Shown here one piece after another: positions 51,856 to 64,000 of a stretch of 64,000 bases of DNA. The DNA is from Azolla caroliniana (taxonomy: Eukaryota > Plantae > Polypodiophyta). How positions within the stretch are numbered: the first letter of the stretch is position 1; the number at the start of each line of letters is the position of its first letter. The notes below the pieces were generated by a model. The model was not told the DNA's origin, ran no database searches, and worked only from the letters and a program-made list of their open reading frames with translations. The stretch spans positions 19,778,001-19,842,000 of the forward strand of contig JBHGNT010000010.1 of assembly GCA_043228905.1 (NCBI GenBank). Direction: 5' to 3'. The translations under genes and the position numbers were made by a program.

Positions 51856-51995
51856 ATTTTATTTATATTTGTCAAATGTCTTAAAGAGTGTAGCAATGTG
51901 GCTATTAAACATCAATTGGAAAAGAAACCTGTGTCAATATCATGGGTTTGTGTGTTCTAATCTCCTTAGCACTGAATTAGGAAACCTAGGCAGCA

Positions 51996-52370
51996 ATGGC
52001 TAATCAGAGGAGCTGGCAAAGAATTGCCACAATAGGACAACATTTGCAGCCTAGTTCAAGTGGGACACCAAGTATGTGTTATTTGCATTTAAAATGTAGT
52101 ATCACAATGTTAATCTAGTTGGGTATTAATCAGAATACCCTCAAGTCCTCAAAAATTACAAAAAAATACCAAATTTACCACTAGAAGCCGGTATTTTGAA
52201 CTATATTGCATCAACATCTCATTACATGTTTATGTTTGATTTAACAGGGCATATTGCGGAGCTCTCAGTAGAAGAGATTTCACAATTATGCATAAATCCC
52301 GCTTCAACTTCTTGGGGTCAGGACCTCTAGTTGAGAGATCTGTTTGTGTTTTTTGAAGTTATCAATGTAG

Positions 52371-52407
<37 letters not shown>

Positions 52408-52413
52408 TGTATG

Positions 52414-52444
<31 letters not shown>

Positions 52445-55400
52445 GTATATATATTTATTGTTTTCGATGTGATAGAATTGGATGCTGAACGTGCTAAAGT
52501 GGGGCTGGATATGGCGATTGCATTCCCTCAAGCAACATCAGCCTCAAAATTTCCTCCATGTGGTAAAAGCATCGTATTTTTTGTGTAGTAGTATTTAGGT
52601 GTTGACTTTCTTGAAAGAGTTCTGAAGGGATAATAAAAACAGAGAGTGAGTTTGCCACTATTGAATCTCTAGTTTGTTAACAATTCACTAAGGCTATTCT
52701 CTGTACAATAACAAACGTGTGAGTCACCTGCATCATCTTCTACCTTCACGTTAATAGATGCATGTAACTCACATATGCACATTATTTTCAAAGGATACTC
52801 ATTGACTGACATTTTTCATGTTTCCAATGTGTTCAGCTCAATTTTCAACTGAAGTTTTCTAGTCTTTGTATTTACTGCAAAACAGTTTCACACCAATTTG
52901 TCCCAAGCTTCCTTTGGGAGCAGCGCAACTTGTATATGTCCAAGCATCGAATCTATGATGCTAAGTGATAGCCAATGCAACGCTTTTCTAGCTCCTTGAT
53001 TCCAACCTTTGTATGCCCTGATTTGTGCAACAGTTGCATTTTCTTCTGGGATCTCTAGAGCCTCTTCTAGGTCTCCTTCAATGCACTCCCAATACCCTTT
53101 TCCCATAAGGAAATTTGTCATTCTCAAGTTCCACGTAGGAAAATTGTTTTTATTAAGTTTTTCAGTAACTATTTGGCTTCCATTTTTGGTAGCCATCTCT
53201 ATTTGAACTTCAGCACTTCAGCTGTGATTTAGTCCAACAAAGAACTGTGATTCAGCCCAGCAACCAGGGCAATATTCAGACAGTTTTTTATGTCTGCAAT
53301 TTTCAAGGCAGTTTTTTTCTCCTCTTCTCTCGCAGCAACCGGCTCTGATACCATGTTAACAATTCGCTAAGGCTATTCTCTGTTCAACAGCAGACATGCG
53401 ATGGGCAAGAACACTTAGTTCAAGAGTAAAAAGGGGAGGAGAAGACTCACCTATGGAGCAGCCAAAAAACCTAATTTATATCTCACTTTTCACTCAAGGA
53501 TTTTTAGTGACTTATGTAGTGCTGATACCTAGTATTAGCAGTTAGAGATTTATAACTTTTCATAACCGCTTCGAGGTTGACCTATACTAACTAACGTCAT
53601 TATTATGGTAGCTATTTCGCCTAATAGCTACTTTGCACAATCACAGTTATTGATCTAGTAAAACAAACTGCTTTTGTTGAGCTTGTTTCTCAACATGCCT
53701 AAAGGAATTTTGACATGAATTCTTAACCTGGGTAGGTCTTTCCAGAGGTGGATGGGATTTGCTCTGAAGCATTGGAATGGTTGAAAGTTTTTTGCAGTCA
53801 AGATGTGATTCTCTAATAGAATGTGTAACTGTAGCAAATAAAAAATGCTAAATCTGAGGACAATGAATTTGATATTAAGGATTAGAATGGGTCAAGCGAT
53901 GCAAGATGGTTGGACAGGGAACTTGAGATTGATTAACTATTGAATACAGTACTGATTGGGCAGACCTAACAGTGTAACAAAGAGAAATACTAATACAAAA
54001 GAGCGTGAATTTGCCATTAAAGTTTGGAATGGTCTGGTTGGAGTAGGGGACCCAATATTGATTCTATCCAATTTATTACTGAAGGATTTTATTTTCATTA
54101 CTGATGCTACTTAGTTAGGTGTAGACCTGAACCATTTGGTAGCATCAATTTTCAAACTTTAAATTTATCAGGTTAATTTTTACCCGTTTCTATATTTTTG
54201 TGTCCAGTCTCGGATTACTATCAACTCGATGATCTTTTAACACCTGAGGAGAAGGCTGTTCGTGCACGAGTAAGAGAAACTGCAGAAAAACACATCGCGC
54301 CTATTATAACCAAAGTAAGTAAAATTCCTCAAAACTTTTGTTCTTGCCATTACTAACAACTCTGATTCAAGCACCTAAATTCTTTCAGTACTGGGAGAAG
54401 GCAGAGTTCCCTTTTGAACTTGTGCCTAAGTTCGCACAGTTAAAGGTTTCTGGAGGTACAATCCAGGTATGTTCATTTTCTTTTTGTAAAGAAAATAGAG
54501 TAGAAAAAACATTGATGTTTTACTATCATCAAAACGCTAGTTTCTAGAACTTTAGTAACTTTTAGCGAGATTACATTGGCTGAATGATTTGAATACAATT
54601 GGTTCCTCACCTAAAGAAAGAGAATTTTAATTGGGCAATTCTCTTAAACTCAACACTTGTGAGAGTCCTAGGTTTTAGAAATATAGAAGTTGTAGGAAGA
54701 GTAAAGCCTCTGAAGTTGCTGTATATGAAACCATGCGTGATTCAACATTGTTATTGTATTTTTAAAATTTTAACATAAAACTACTAAATATAGTGGAACC
54801 TTTTGATAAAAAGATGAATCCATTATTCACAGATGATGTAGTTGTTGAATGCAGGGTTATGGATGCCCAGGGTTATCTATTGTTGGGGTTGCAATTGCAA
54901 TGGCTGAAATTGCACGAGTTGATGCAAGTTGCTCTTCCTTTATGTTGGTGCACACATGCGTAGCCATGCTCACAATTGGTATGCTTCATTTCTTATCACA
55001 TTTAAATGAATATTGTCTGTAATGCAACCTGCTATTCTCATGCGACTATTTGCAAAATCACGTGCACATGTTTGTTAAATCTTATGCAATTCTTTGTTAA
55101 CTCTTCGGGATCAATTTTTTTTTGTGACCAGCAATGTGTGGAAGTGAGGAACAAAAACAAAGATATCTGCCATCTCTTGCTAGTCTTGATAAAATATCGT
55201 GCTGGGTAAGGTTCACTAATTGTTAGGAGTACATATGATAACATTGTCAATATATGGATCTTAAATACATGATGCAGGCTCTGACGGAAGCCGATTATGG
55301 TAGTGATGCAAGCTCTTTGGCAACAACTGCATCAAAGGTATTTCTTGTTATCGCTCAGTTGTTTTGTACGAACTCTGATTTTCTGTTGTATCCTCGAGCT

Positions 55401-58202
55401 TGTGAAGTTATCGTATTCTGGTCAACATTGTGATAAATGCATTGAAATTTATTTACTGAATTTGCAGTTAAATTACCATTATGCTACTTGAATAACATTG
55501 GTGTTTAAATCAGGTGGAAGGAGGATGGTTACTTAATGGACAGAAGAGATGGAATGCAAACTGTACTTTTGCTGATGTTCATGTTGTTTTTGCTCGGAAT
55601 ACACTGACCAGCCAAATCAATGGGTGAGGAGTGTTCAACTACTAATTTTAACATTTGGGTTTGGTAGATATAGCTGACCTGTTCTTATGTGTCTAATATT
55701 AGATTTATTGTTAAGAAAGGAACACCTGGATTCACTGCAACAAAGATTGAGAACAAAATCGCTGTGCGAGTTGTACAAAATGGAGATATTGTCCTAAAAG
55801 AGGTGTTTGTTCCTGATGAGGATCACCTGGTTGGAGTAAAATCTTTTGAAGATACAGCGAAGGTTGTAAAGTCTTTCTGTATAATACTAGTTAGTAAGGA
55901 GGCAGGGCATCAATGTCATTGAAAAATATCTAAATACAAAAATGAAGGGCGCCATCACAAGAGAAAATAAGTTAATAGAAAGTGTTAAAATGAATATAAT
56001 GAAAGTGATGTGACGGTTAACACAGACCTGTGTTTGATCCAAATTATGCCTAACATTTGTGCAATCAATAATCTAATGCTGTAGGTGCTTGCAGTGGCTA
56101 GAGTTGTAGTTGCATGGCAAACAATCGGTATAAGCATGGGAGTTTATGACATGTGTCAAAGGTGCTCTCTTTCTGAATGCTAAATAATAGAAAGCTTGTT
56201 AAATGTATGAAGGTTTATCCAAATTTATAACAATATGTTCGCTGAAATGGAAATTCTTCAGATATCTGCAAGAGAGAAAGCAATTTGGAGTTCCATTAGC
56301 ATCATACCAAATCAACCAAGAGAAGCTAACACGCATGCTAGGCAATATACAAGCTATGTCTCTTATGGGATGGAGATTATGCAAGCTATATGAAGCAGGA
56401 AAGATGACACATGGACATGCAAGCCTAGCAAAGGTTGGTATGATGATTGCTATTATACACACATGTATAGAGATAGATCTCCTGATGGATTAGATTTTAT
56501 ATTATCATCAGATGTTAAATATGACACGTGGTCCAAAGTGAAACAGTTTTATGCAGTGATTCTTCAATTCTGAAGAATTTTGCTTCGTATCTGTTATGTT
56601 TGAGGCCAGGAGAGAGTGGACATGTGTATTGATAGAGCATTTGGGGGGTTGGGTTTTCTTTGGTCCAAGGAAGACTAGTAGAAGCACTTAAAAACACATG
56701 CCAAACATCCAGGTTTTTAAAATACTAGAGAGCAATATTGACGAAATTAGGATGCCTATTTTTTATAGAGATAGCAATCTGATGTTAGAATGCCAAACAA
56801 ACTAATTTTTCTACATGATCATGCATAGAAAGGAAGAAGAAAGCTATATTAACGTATTTTAAGAGGCTAAAATGGCCTATAAGACCAAATAAGAGACTAC
56901 ATCTTGAGTGTTGTCTCATCTTTGAGAACAAATCAAAATAAAATAAATACTACACAGTAAATATAAAAGTAAATAAGATGAAAAGAGAAGAAACGAGGGA
57001 ATCTGGTTTTTGGCACATGTGAGATTCTCAAGTTAGGCATATTGTAGCTTTTGTCTTCGAAAGATCTCTAGCATAGGTCAATCCAGAATGGAAATGTCAC
57101 GGCAAATTGCTATTCCCCGATCAATTGAAACCCCTTTGTTATGTCCTGGTCTGGAGCCCATTTGTGCATAGAGAGAGAGAGAGAGAGAGAGAGAGTCCAC
57201 ACGGTTTTAGCTCAATCGGCAAAGCTGTCCTGTGGGAAACCAGAATGTCATACATTCAAACACTACGTTCCGTGGTGCCTCTTTGATGTTAGGTTCATCA
57301 AAGATGACATGAGAATCTGTGAGAATGGTGTGAAATATATGAGCATTATTGTGGGGGTTCTAAACCAGGGGAGATGAAGTAAAGCAGTTATTTGTTTGTT
57401 TTCGGCATAGGGAAGATGGCACATGAATGTGCTTGACAATTTTGTGTATGAGCATGTGAACCTGTGCTTTGTGTCATGTTCCCGAGTATATATATATATG
57501 AGTGGGTGAGCATGTAAATCCGTTCCTGAGTATTTGTAATATATGAACAGGTGTATGTATAATATATGAATAGGTGTATGTAATGACGTAGTTGCATGAA
57601 GATGGGTAAATTTGTAAGAGTGTGTATGAGAGAGAGAGTTTTTGTTTTTAGGCTTGGAATAGTTTACGTGCAAGGGAGACAGTGGCATTGGGTCGAGAAC
57701 TGCTCGGTGGAAATGGCATTCTCGCTGACTTTCACGTGGGGAAGGTTTAACTCACACATTTTTCTAGAGCCTTGGATTCGAAGATAGGGCAAAGAATAAC
57801 AGAAAATACCCATGTCTTTTCGGATATTTACCAGAAAATACCCATGAGTTTCCAAATAAATATTAGAATATCCAATAACAGTAACTTATGGGTACTCTCA
57901 TAAAAATTGCCAAGTCAGGGAGTATTTGGTAATTTGGAAATTTAGGGATAGTCTGGTAAATATCCAAAAATGGCAGGGTATATGCTGGTGTTTGCCCCTT
58001 GAAAATATGCAAGCTTGCATTATATGTATATACATTGCCCTAACATTTTGATTTATAGGCATTCTGCGATTTGGAACCGATCTACACTTATGAAGGCACA
58101 TATGACGTGAACTCTCTTATTGTTGGAAGAGAGGTGACTGGGATTGCAAGTTTTAAAGCTCCTTTTAAAGGGGAAAGGGTGAAACAAAATGGGTATCTCT
58201 AA
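51996..58202 (+). CDS. ACX4: ACX4-like copy 3; intact 14-exon ORF, 476 aa, N-terminal PTS2
   Basis: Exons 51996-52071, 52248-52316, 52476-52562, 54208-54314, 54389-54466, 54855-54978, 55132-55205, 55278-55337, 55514-55623, 55703-55862, 56085-56161, 56262-56433, 57652-57744, 58059-58202. Lengths and phases equal those of copy 1 and no stops were seen. Confidence 0.93.
52675..53695 (-). mobile_element. Deleted copia derivative in intron 3 of copy 3
   Basis: LTR 53354-53695 starts TGTTGAGAAACAAGCTCAAC on the minus strand. PBS at 53341-53353 (ggctctgatacca on +). Gag N-terminus at 52888-53196 ([15 protein letters not shown]). About 45 bp of a second LTR end remain at 52675. No clean TSD. Confidence 0.85.
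56830..57164 (-). mobile_element. 5'-truncated 3' end of an RTE-X-like LINE or SINE in intron 12 of copy 3
   Basis: Flanked by an 8-bp direct repeat tgcataga at 56822-56829 and 57165-57172. Absent in copy 1. The minus-strand end ggccattttagcctcttaaaatacgttaatatagctttc resembles the LINE 3' end at 37822-37865 (ggccaattttggccttagaaaacgttaatatatctttc). Confidence 0.65.
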
Positions 58203-60329
58203 ATAAAAAAACATTCTTATTGGTATAAATGCAAAGTTTTCAATCCTTTTGAATGGAAAAAAAGGATGATGAAATAAATCCTTTGATTATATGTATGTGT
58301 ATAGAAGGGGCAAGTGGTAGTCTGTTTAGCAATAAGAAACAGCCTCAGAAAATATGTTTTTATTTATTTGTACTGAATATTCAATGATTCAATTGAGTTC
58401 ATTCACGTCTCACACGTGATTATAATTTTCCTGAGTATCTCAATTGCAGATATGTTATATGTAGGCAGGAACCTCGTGTATCTCAAATATTTTCCTTTTA
58501 TACACAACTTATTTCTGAGGAAAGGGGTGTACAATGAATTCCTTTGTAGAATTTACCATTAATGTGCATACAGGGGAGAGATCGATGATTGTCATGGCGG
58601 TGGATTGCCATAATCTGTTTGTTCTGAAGGATAACCACCAGGGATGCATACCATGAATTTAAGCACTCTGAATGTATCAAAGGTCTGTATATAAGTGATT
58701 AGTACAAGTGATGACTTGATCGTACGCATGTATGGGAGAAGGGTGTGTGTGGAGGTTTGTTGAGATGAACTCTGTTTTGATGGAGGCATGTGAAGCAAAA
58801 TGCATTTACAAAATTTTCCACCACAGTATTTACAACCAAATTTGAGCATAATATTATACAGAGAGGATAAACAACCCTTGACATGAAGTATTTGGGACTA
58901 TGCACCAAATTCTTAGTTAATAGTAGATGAGATACACATACATGAAAATCAATTAATTGTGGTAAGAAAGGGTAATTTTGTTTTTTGTTCAATTGATCCA
59001 CCAATGCAACTTTGTATGATATGCATATTTTGATATTTATAAGCTCATTATGGTGGCAGTTACAGCTGGTGCAAGCTTTGGTTTTAGCTCAAAAATCAAC
59101 TTTTGATGGGTAGGAGATCTATGGCCATCTTTTAAAATTTCTCCACCCCTGGCATATATATTTATGTAGCTATGGTGTTGCCCAACCAAGCTCAAGGTGA
59201 GATCAGAAAGCTGATATGAAGTAGGACTTACATTGTGTACCTCCAACTTACCAAACATTGTGTAAGCCAAAACCCGACAACAATTATTATTTTGAAATTT
59301 TGATTGTATTTGACGAAGCCAAATTTTGCACATAGGACAAGTAAAAACATGTACATATTGTGTGGGCATCTTTTACACAAATGGGATCACTTTCCTCATC
59401 CAAACAAAGATTTAACACTAGAAATTTCAAAATTAGGCACTCAATGTCCACCTATATGTGCATAGTGAAGTATTGATACCCTACCTAAAGATCGACAGGG
59501 TTCCTTCCAAGTTGTTTCTACGTCTTCACCAAAATGCGAGCTTACTTAGATGGCTCTTAACTTCATTTGCATATAGACGTTGCTTTTTTGTAGTAAGGTC
59601 AACATGTTGCATCTTCTTTCCTTTTGTACGCCTTGGGAATGCATTTTTCATTATGCGAGTTTGAGATGGAAATCTTCAAGTATGTATTATGGTTTATATC
59701 AAGTGATGAAGGCCCAATTTTGAATGTATCCACCACCTTGGGTAGATCGCATACTTTCATCACATGTCTCTCTTCCCCCCCCCCCCCCCCCCCCCCCAAA
59801 GGTAGGAGACATTTGGATATACATTCATTTGTCATATGGAAAGTATTTTGCACAATTCATATCATAATGTTCAAGTTCGTGCAATAGTAGGCATGTGTAC
59901 AAGAAGCCTACTATAATGTAATGCGACACAATCCAATCTTCTAGATCATGTGTCAAATAAAAAAAAACCATTGCATTATCGTCCATCTATGATGAAGATG
60001 TCCCCCACACTTCATACTTTTTCCAAGGTTCTCATAAGTACAAACATATTTGTTTGTTCGTGTTTGAGAGAGAGAGAGAGAGAGAGAGACGTGACATTCT
60101 TGATGATGACTGTATAAAGAGAAACAGAACAGAAAGTGGAGGTACATATGTATATATATGTATGTATGTATGTATGTATTCATATAATCATAGATAAAGA
60201 CAAAATCAGAGAGGGATGAGAAGAAGCAGTGTTGCATCTTCTATCTTTGGGAGGCAATAATAACTCACATATCTGAACCCCAAGCAGAAAGGCTCTCTCT
60301 CTCTCTCTACCATGGCCGCGGAGACATTC

Positions 60330-61465
60330 CCTCCCCCTTTGCATCACTTGTGACGACATCAATTCCCTTTTGTTCTGATCTCTCTCTCTTCTCCTCTGTT
60401 CTTCAATCTTTACAATTCCTCGGATTTCTTCCAAGAAAGGCTCAGAGATCTCGGATTTCCTACCTGTTTTCTAATCATTCCATTACAAGTAAGTGTTTTC
60501 TTCCTCTTTGTTCTCGTCTCTGTTAATTAAACCGTAAAGCTCGTTAATTGTTAGCTTTAACCCATTGCTTTTGTATGTATGTAAATGGTCAAATTTTTTT
60601 CTTCATGTTTCTTTTTCATTTCTCCATCCTAAGGGAGAGAACTTTCTTGATACATTTGTCAAAATCTATGGAGAAGGCGAGACTCTGTCCTGGTGCAATG
60701 GAAGTGGTAGTAAATTGGGCATTTATTTTCTGTGGAAACATATGAATAATGTTGTGCGATTAGCATTTGCATATACACAGAGATATATGTCTTTATGTAT
60801 CTGTATATATGTTTGTATACGTATACGTGTAAACATATAAATATGCACACACTCATACATATTCATACACATAGATTATGCATGCAAATGCAAGTATATA
60901 TATCCATCCATTTATATGTATAATATAGTGTATGTCTATATGCATATAAATATATAAATACATATCTCTCTCTCTCTCTCACACACACACAGTATATATA
61001 TACATGTGTGTATGCATTTAAATACAAGAATATCCATCCATTTATATGTATGTCTATATATATACACACACATACATATATCTCTTTCTCTCTCTATACG
61101 CTGACATATAGGTGCATGTATATTATATATATATGCATGCATATATAACATACACGTACATACATCCATAGGTACATACATATGTGTGTCTTTATGTATA
61201 CTCTTACACACATGCATACATATATACATACATACATTTATATATATGTATGTATGTGTGTGTGAGTATATTATGTATGTATATGTGTACAATCGTGAAA
61301 ATATATATATATTTGTTGGCCGAAAATATATATTTGTCAAATGTCTTAAAGAGTATAGCTGCCAAATGTGGCTGCCAAACATCAATTGGAAAAGAAACCT
61401 GCGTCAATATTATAGGTTTGTGCTTTCTAATCTCCGTTGTACTGAACTAGGGAGGCTAGGCAGCA
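60330..61465 (+). promoter_or_regulatory. Putative promoter, leader exon and microsatellite-rich 5'-UTR intron of copy 4
   Basis: Homologous to 3885-4387 and 15825-16927. Donor acaa|gtaagt at about 60489. Confidence 0.5.
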
Positions 61466-64000
61466 ATGGATGATCAGAGGAGCTGGCAAAGAATCGCCAC
61501 AATAAGACATCATTTGCAGCCTGGTTCAAGTGGGACACCAAGTATGTGTTATTAGCATTTTTAATGTAGTATCACAATGTTAATCTAATTGGCTATTAAT
61601 CAGAATACCCCCAAATACTTAAAAATTACAAAAATACCACTCTATAGTAGCAAATTTACCACTAGAATCTGGTGTTTTGAACTATATTGTATCAGCATCT
61701 CATTACATGTTTATGTTTGGTTTAACAGGGCATATGGCAGAGCTCTCAGCAGAAGAGAATTTACAATTATGCATAAATCCCACGTCAGCTTCTTGGGGTC
61801 AGGACCTCTAGCTGAGAGATCTGTTTGTGTTTTTTGAGGTTATCAATGTAGTTATATATATGCATATATATTTATTGTTTTCGATGTAATAGAATTGGAT
61901 GCTGAACGTGCTAAAGTGGGGCTGGATATCGCGGATGCATTCCCTCAAGCAACACCAGCCTCAAAATTTCCTCCATGTGGTAAAAGCATTGTATTTTCTT
62001 GTGTAATAGTATTTAGGTGTTGACTTTCTTGAAAGAGTTCCCAAGGGATAATAATAACAGAGAGTGAGTTTCCCCTATTGTTTAAAATGGTTGGAGGAAG
62101 AAACTGGAGAATGATTCTATTGAATGTCTGCCTAAAGGAAATTTGACGTGAATTCTTAACCTGGGTAGGTCTATCCAGAGGAGGATGGGATTTGCTCTAA
62201 AGCATTGGAATGCTTGGAAGTTTTTTGCAGTTAGGATGTGATGCTAGTAGAATGTGTAACTGTTGCAAATAAAAAATGCTAAATCTGAGGATTATGATTT
62301 GCAATTAAGGATTAGAATGGGTTAAGGGATGCAATATGGTTGGACAGGGAACCTGAGATTGATTAACAATTGAACACAGTGCTTACAAATATTTTCCATT
62401 AAGGAGATAAGATATTGATTGGGCAGCGTTCTCAAGATTGATTTTATTGAATGTATTACTGAAGGATTTTAATTTATTTTAATTTTATTACTGATACTAC
62501 TTGGTAAGGTGTAGACCTCGACCATTTGGTAGCATCAATTTTCAAACTTTAAATTTATCAGGTTAATTTTCACCTGTTTCCGTATTGTTGTGTCCAGTCT
62601 CGGATTATTATCAACTTGATGATCTTTTAACGCCTGAGGAGAAGGCTGTTCGTGCCCGAGTAAGAGAAGCTGCAGAAAAACACATCGCGCCTATTATAGC
62701 CAAAGTAATTGAAATTCCTCAAAACTTTTTATTCTTGCTATGACTAATGATTCTGATTTGTGTCCCTTTGTTCTGTCAGTACTGGGAGAAGGCAGAGTTC
62801 CCTTTTGAACTTGTGCCTAAGTTGGCAGAGTTAAAGGTTTCTGGAGGTACAATCCAGGTATGTTCCTTTTTTTTTGTAAGAAAAATAGAGTAGAAAAAAC
62901 ATTGATATTTTCTTATCATCAAAATGCTAGATTCTAGAACTTTAGAATCTTTTAGAGAGATTACAATAGGTTCCTTACCTAAAGAAAGTGAATTTTGATT
63001 GGGTAATGCTCTTAAACTCTTCAATACTTGTGAAAGCCCTAGCTTTTAGAAATATAGTTGTAGAAAGAGTAAAGAATCTAAATTTGTTGAATAGTGTAAG
63101 TCAATATTTTAATGTATTTTTAAAATTTTAACATAAAACTACTAAAGTATAGTGGAACCTTGTGATAAAAAGAAGAATTCAGTATTTACAGATGATGTAG
63201 TTGTTGGATGCAGGGTTATGGATGCCCAGGGTTATCTGTTGTTGGGAGTGCAATTGCAATGGCTGAAATTGCACGAGTTGATGCAAGTTGTTCTACATTC
63301 ATGATGGTGCACACATGCCTAGCCATGCTTACAATTGGTATGTGTCATTTCTTATCACATTTAAATGAATCTTGTCTATATTAAAACCTGCTAACTCAAT
63401 TATTTGCTAAATCACATGCACACGTTTGTTAAATCCAATGCAACTGTTTGTTAACTCCTTGGGCTTGATTTTTTTGTAACCAGCAATGTGTGGAAGTGAG
63501 GAACAAAAACAAAGATATCTGCCATCTCTTGCTAGTCTTGATAAAATCTCATGCTGGGTAAGGTTCACGAATTGTTTACTAGTACAGATGATAACATTGC
63601 CAATATATGGATCTTAAATACATACATGATGCAGGCTCTGACGGAACCCGATTATGGTAGTGATGCAAGCTCTTTGGCAACAACAGCATCAAAGGTATTT
63701 CTTTTTATGTTTCAGATGTTTCTTACAAACTCTATTATCACTCTTCTTTTTAATCACATCTGATTTCTGGTTGTATCCTTGGGCTTGTGAAGCTATCATA
63801 TTCTGGTCACATTGTGATAAATGCATCATTGAAATTTATTAATTGAATCTTGAGTTAAATTACCATTATTCTAATTGAATAACTTCGGTGTTTAAATCAG
63901 GTGGAAGGAGGATGGTTACTTAGTGGACAGAAGAGATGGATTGGGAACAGTACTTTTGCTGATGTTCATGTTGTTTTTGCTCGGAATACACAGTCCAACC
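61466..64000 (+). CDS. ACX4: ACX4-like copy 4; exons 1-9 visible, continues beyond the window; canonical active-site motifs
   Basis: Exons 61466-61541, 61729-61797, 61893-61979, 62598-62704, 62780-62857, 63214-63337, 63484-63557, 63635-63694, 63901 to beyond 64000. Motifs [17 protein letters not shown] and [12 protein letters not shown] are as in Arabidopsis ACX4. Confidence 0.93.

Overview
Eukaryotic genomic DNA, AT-rich and rich in introns and microsatellites. It is a land plant, and the transposon complement suggests a non-seed plant such as a fern (inference). The backbone is a head-to-tail tandem array of four 14-exon ACX4-type short-chain acyl-CoA oxidase genes on the + strand: copy 1 (4388-9991, intact, 476 aa), copy 2 (16928-32260, pseudogene), copy 3 (51996-58202, intact ORF) and copy 4 (61466 to the window end, partial). 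Arabidopsis ACX4 ends in the PTS1 signal SRL. These proteins instead end in ...NGYL/NGYI and carry an N-terminal two-exon presequence with a PTS2 nonapeptide (RIx5HL) followed by a conserved Cys. Copies 1 and 3 share clustered substitutions in FAD-contacting motifs (TEP->TEA, WIGNS->WNANC), while copy 4 keeps the canonical residues. The array is inflated by nested mobile DNA: a chromodomain Ty3/gypsy element carrying a Ty1/copia inside copy 2, an L1 LINE containing a copia that contains a very young copia, other L1 and RTE-X-like LINEs, hAT-type MITEs, a foldback repeat and tRNA-derived SINE-like heads. All coordinates and alignments were read by eye and no database searches were run.
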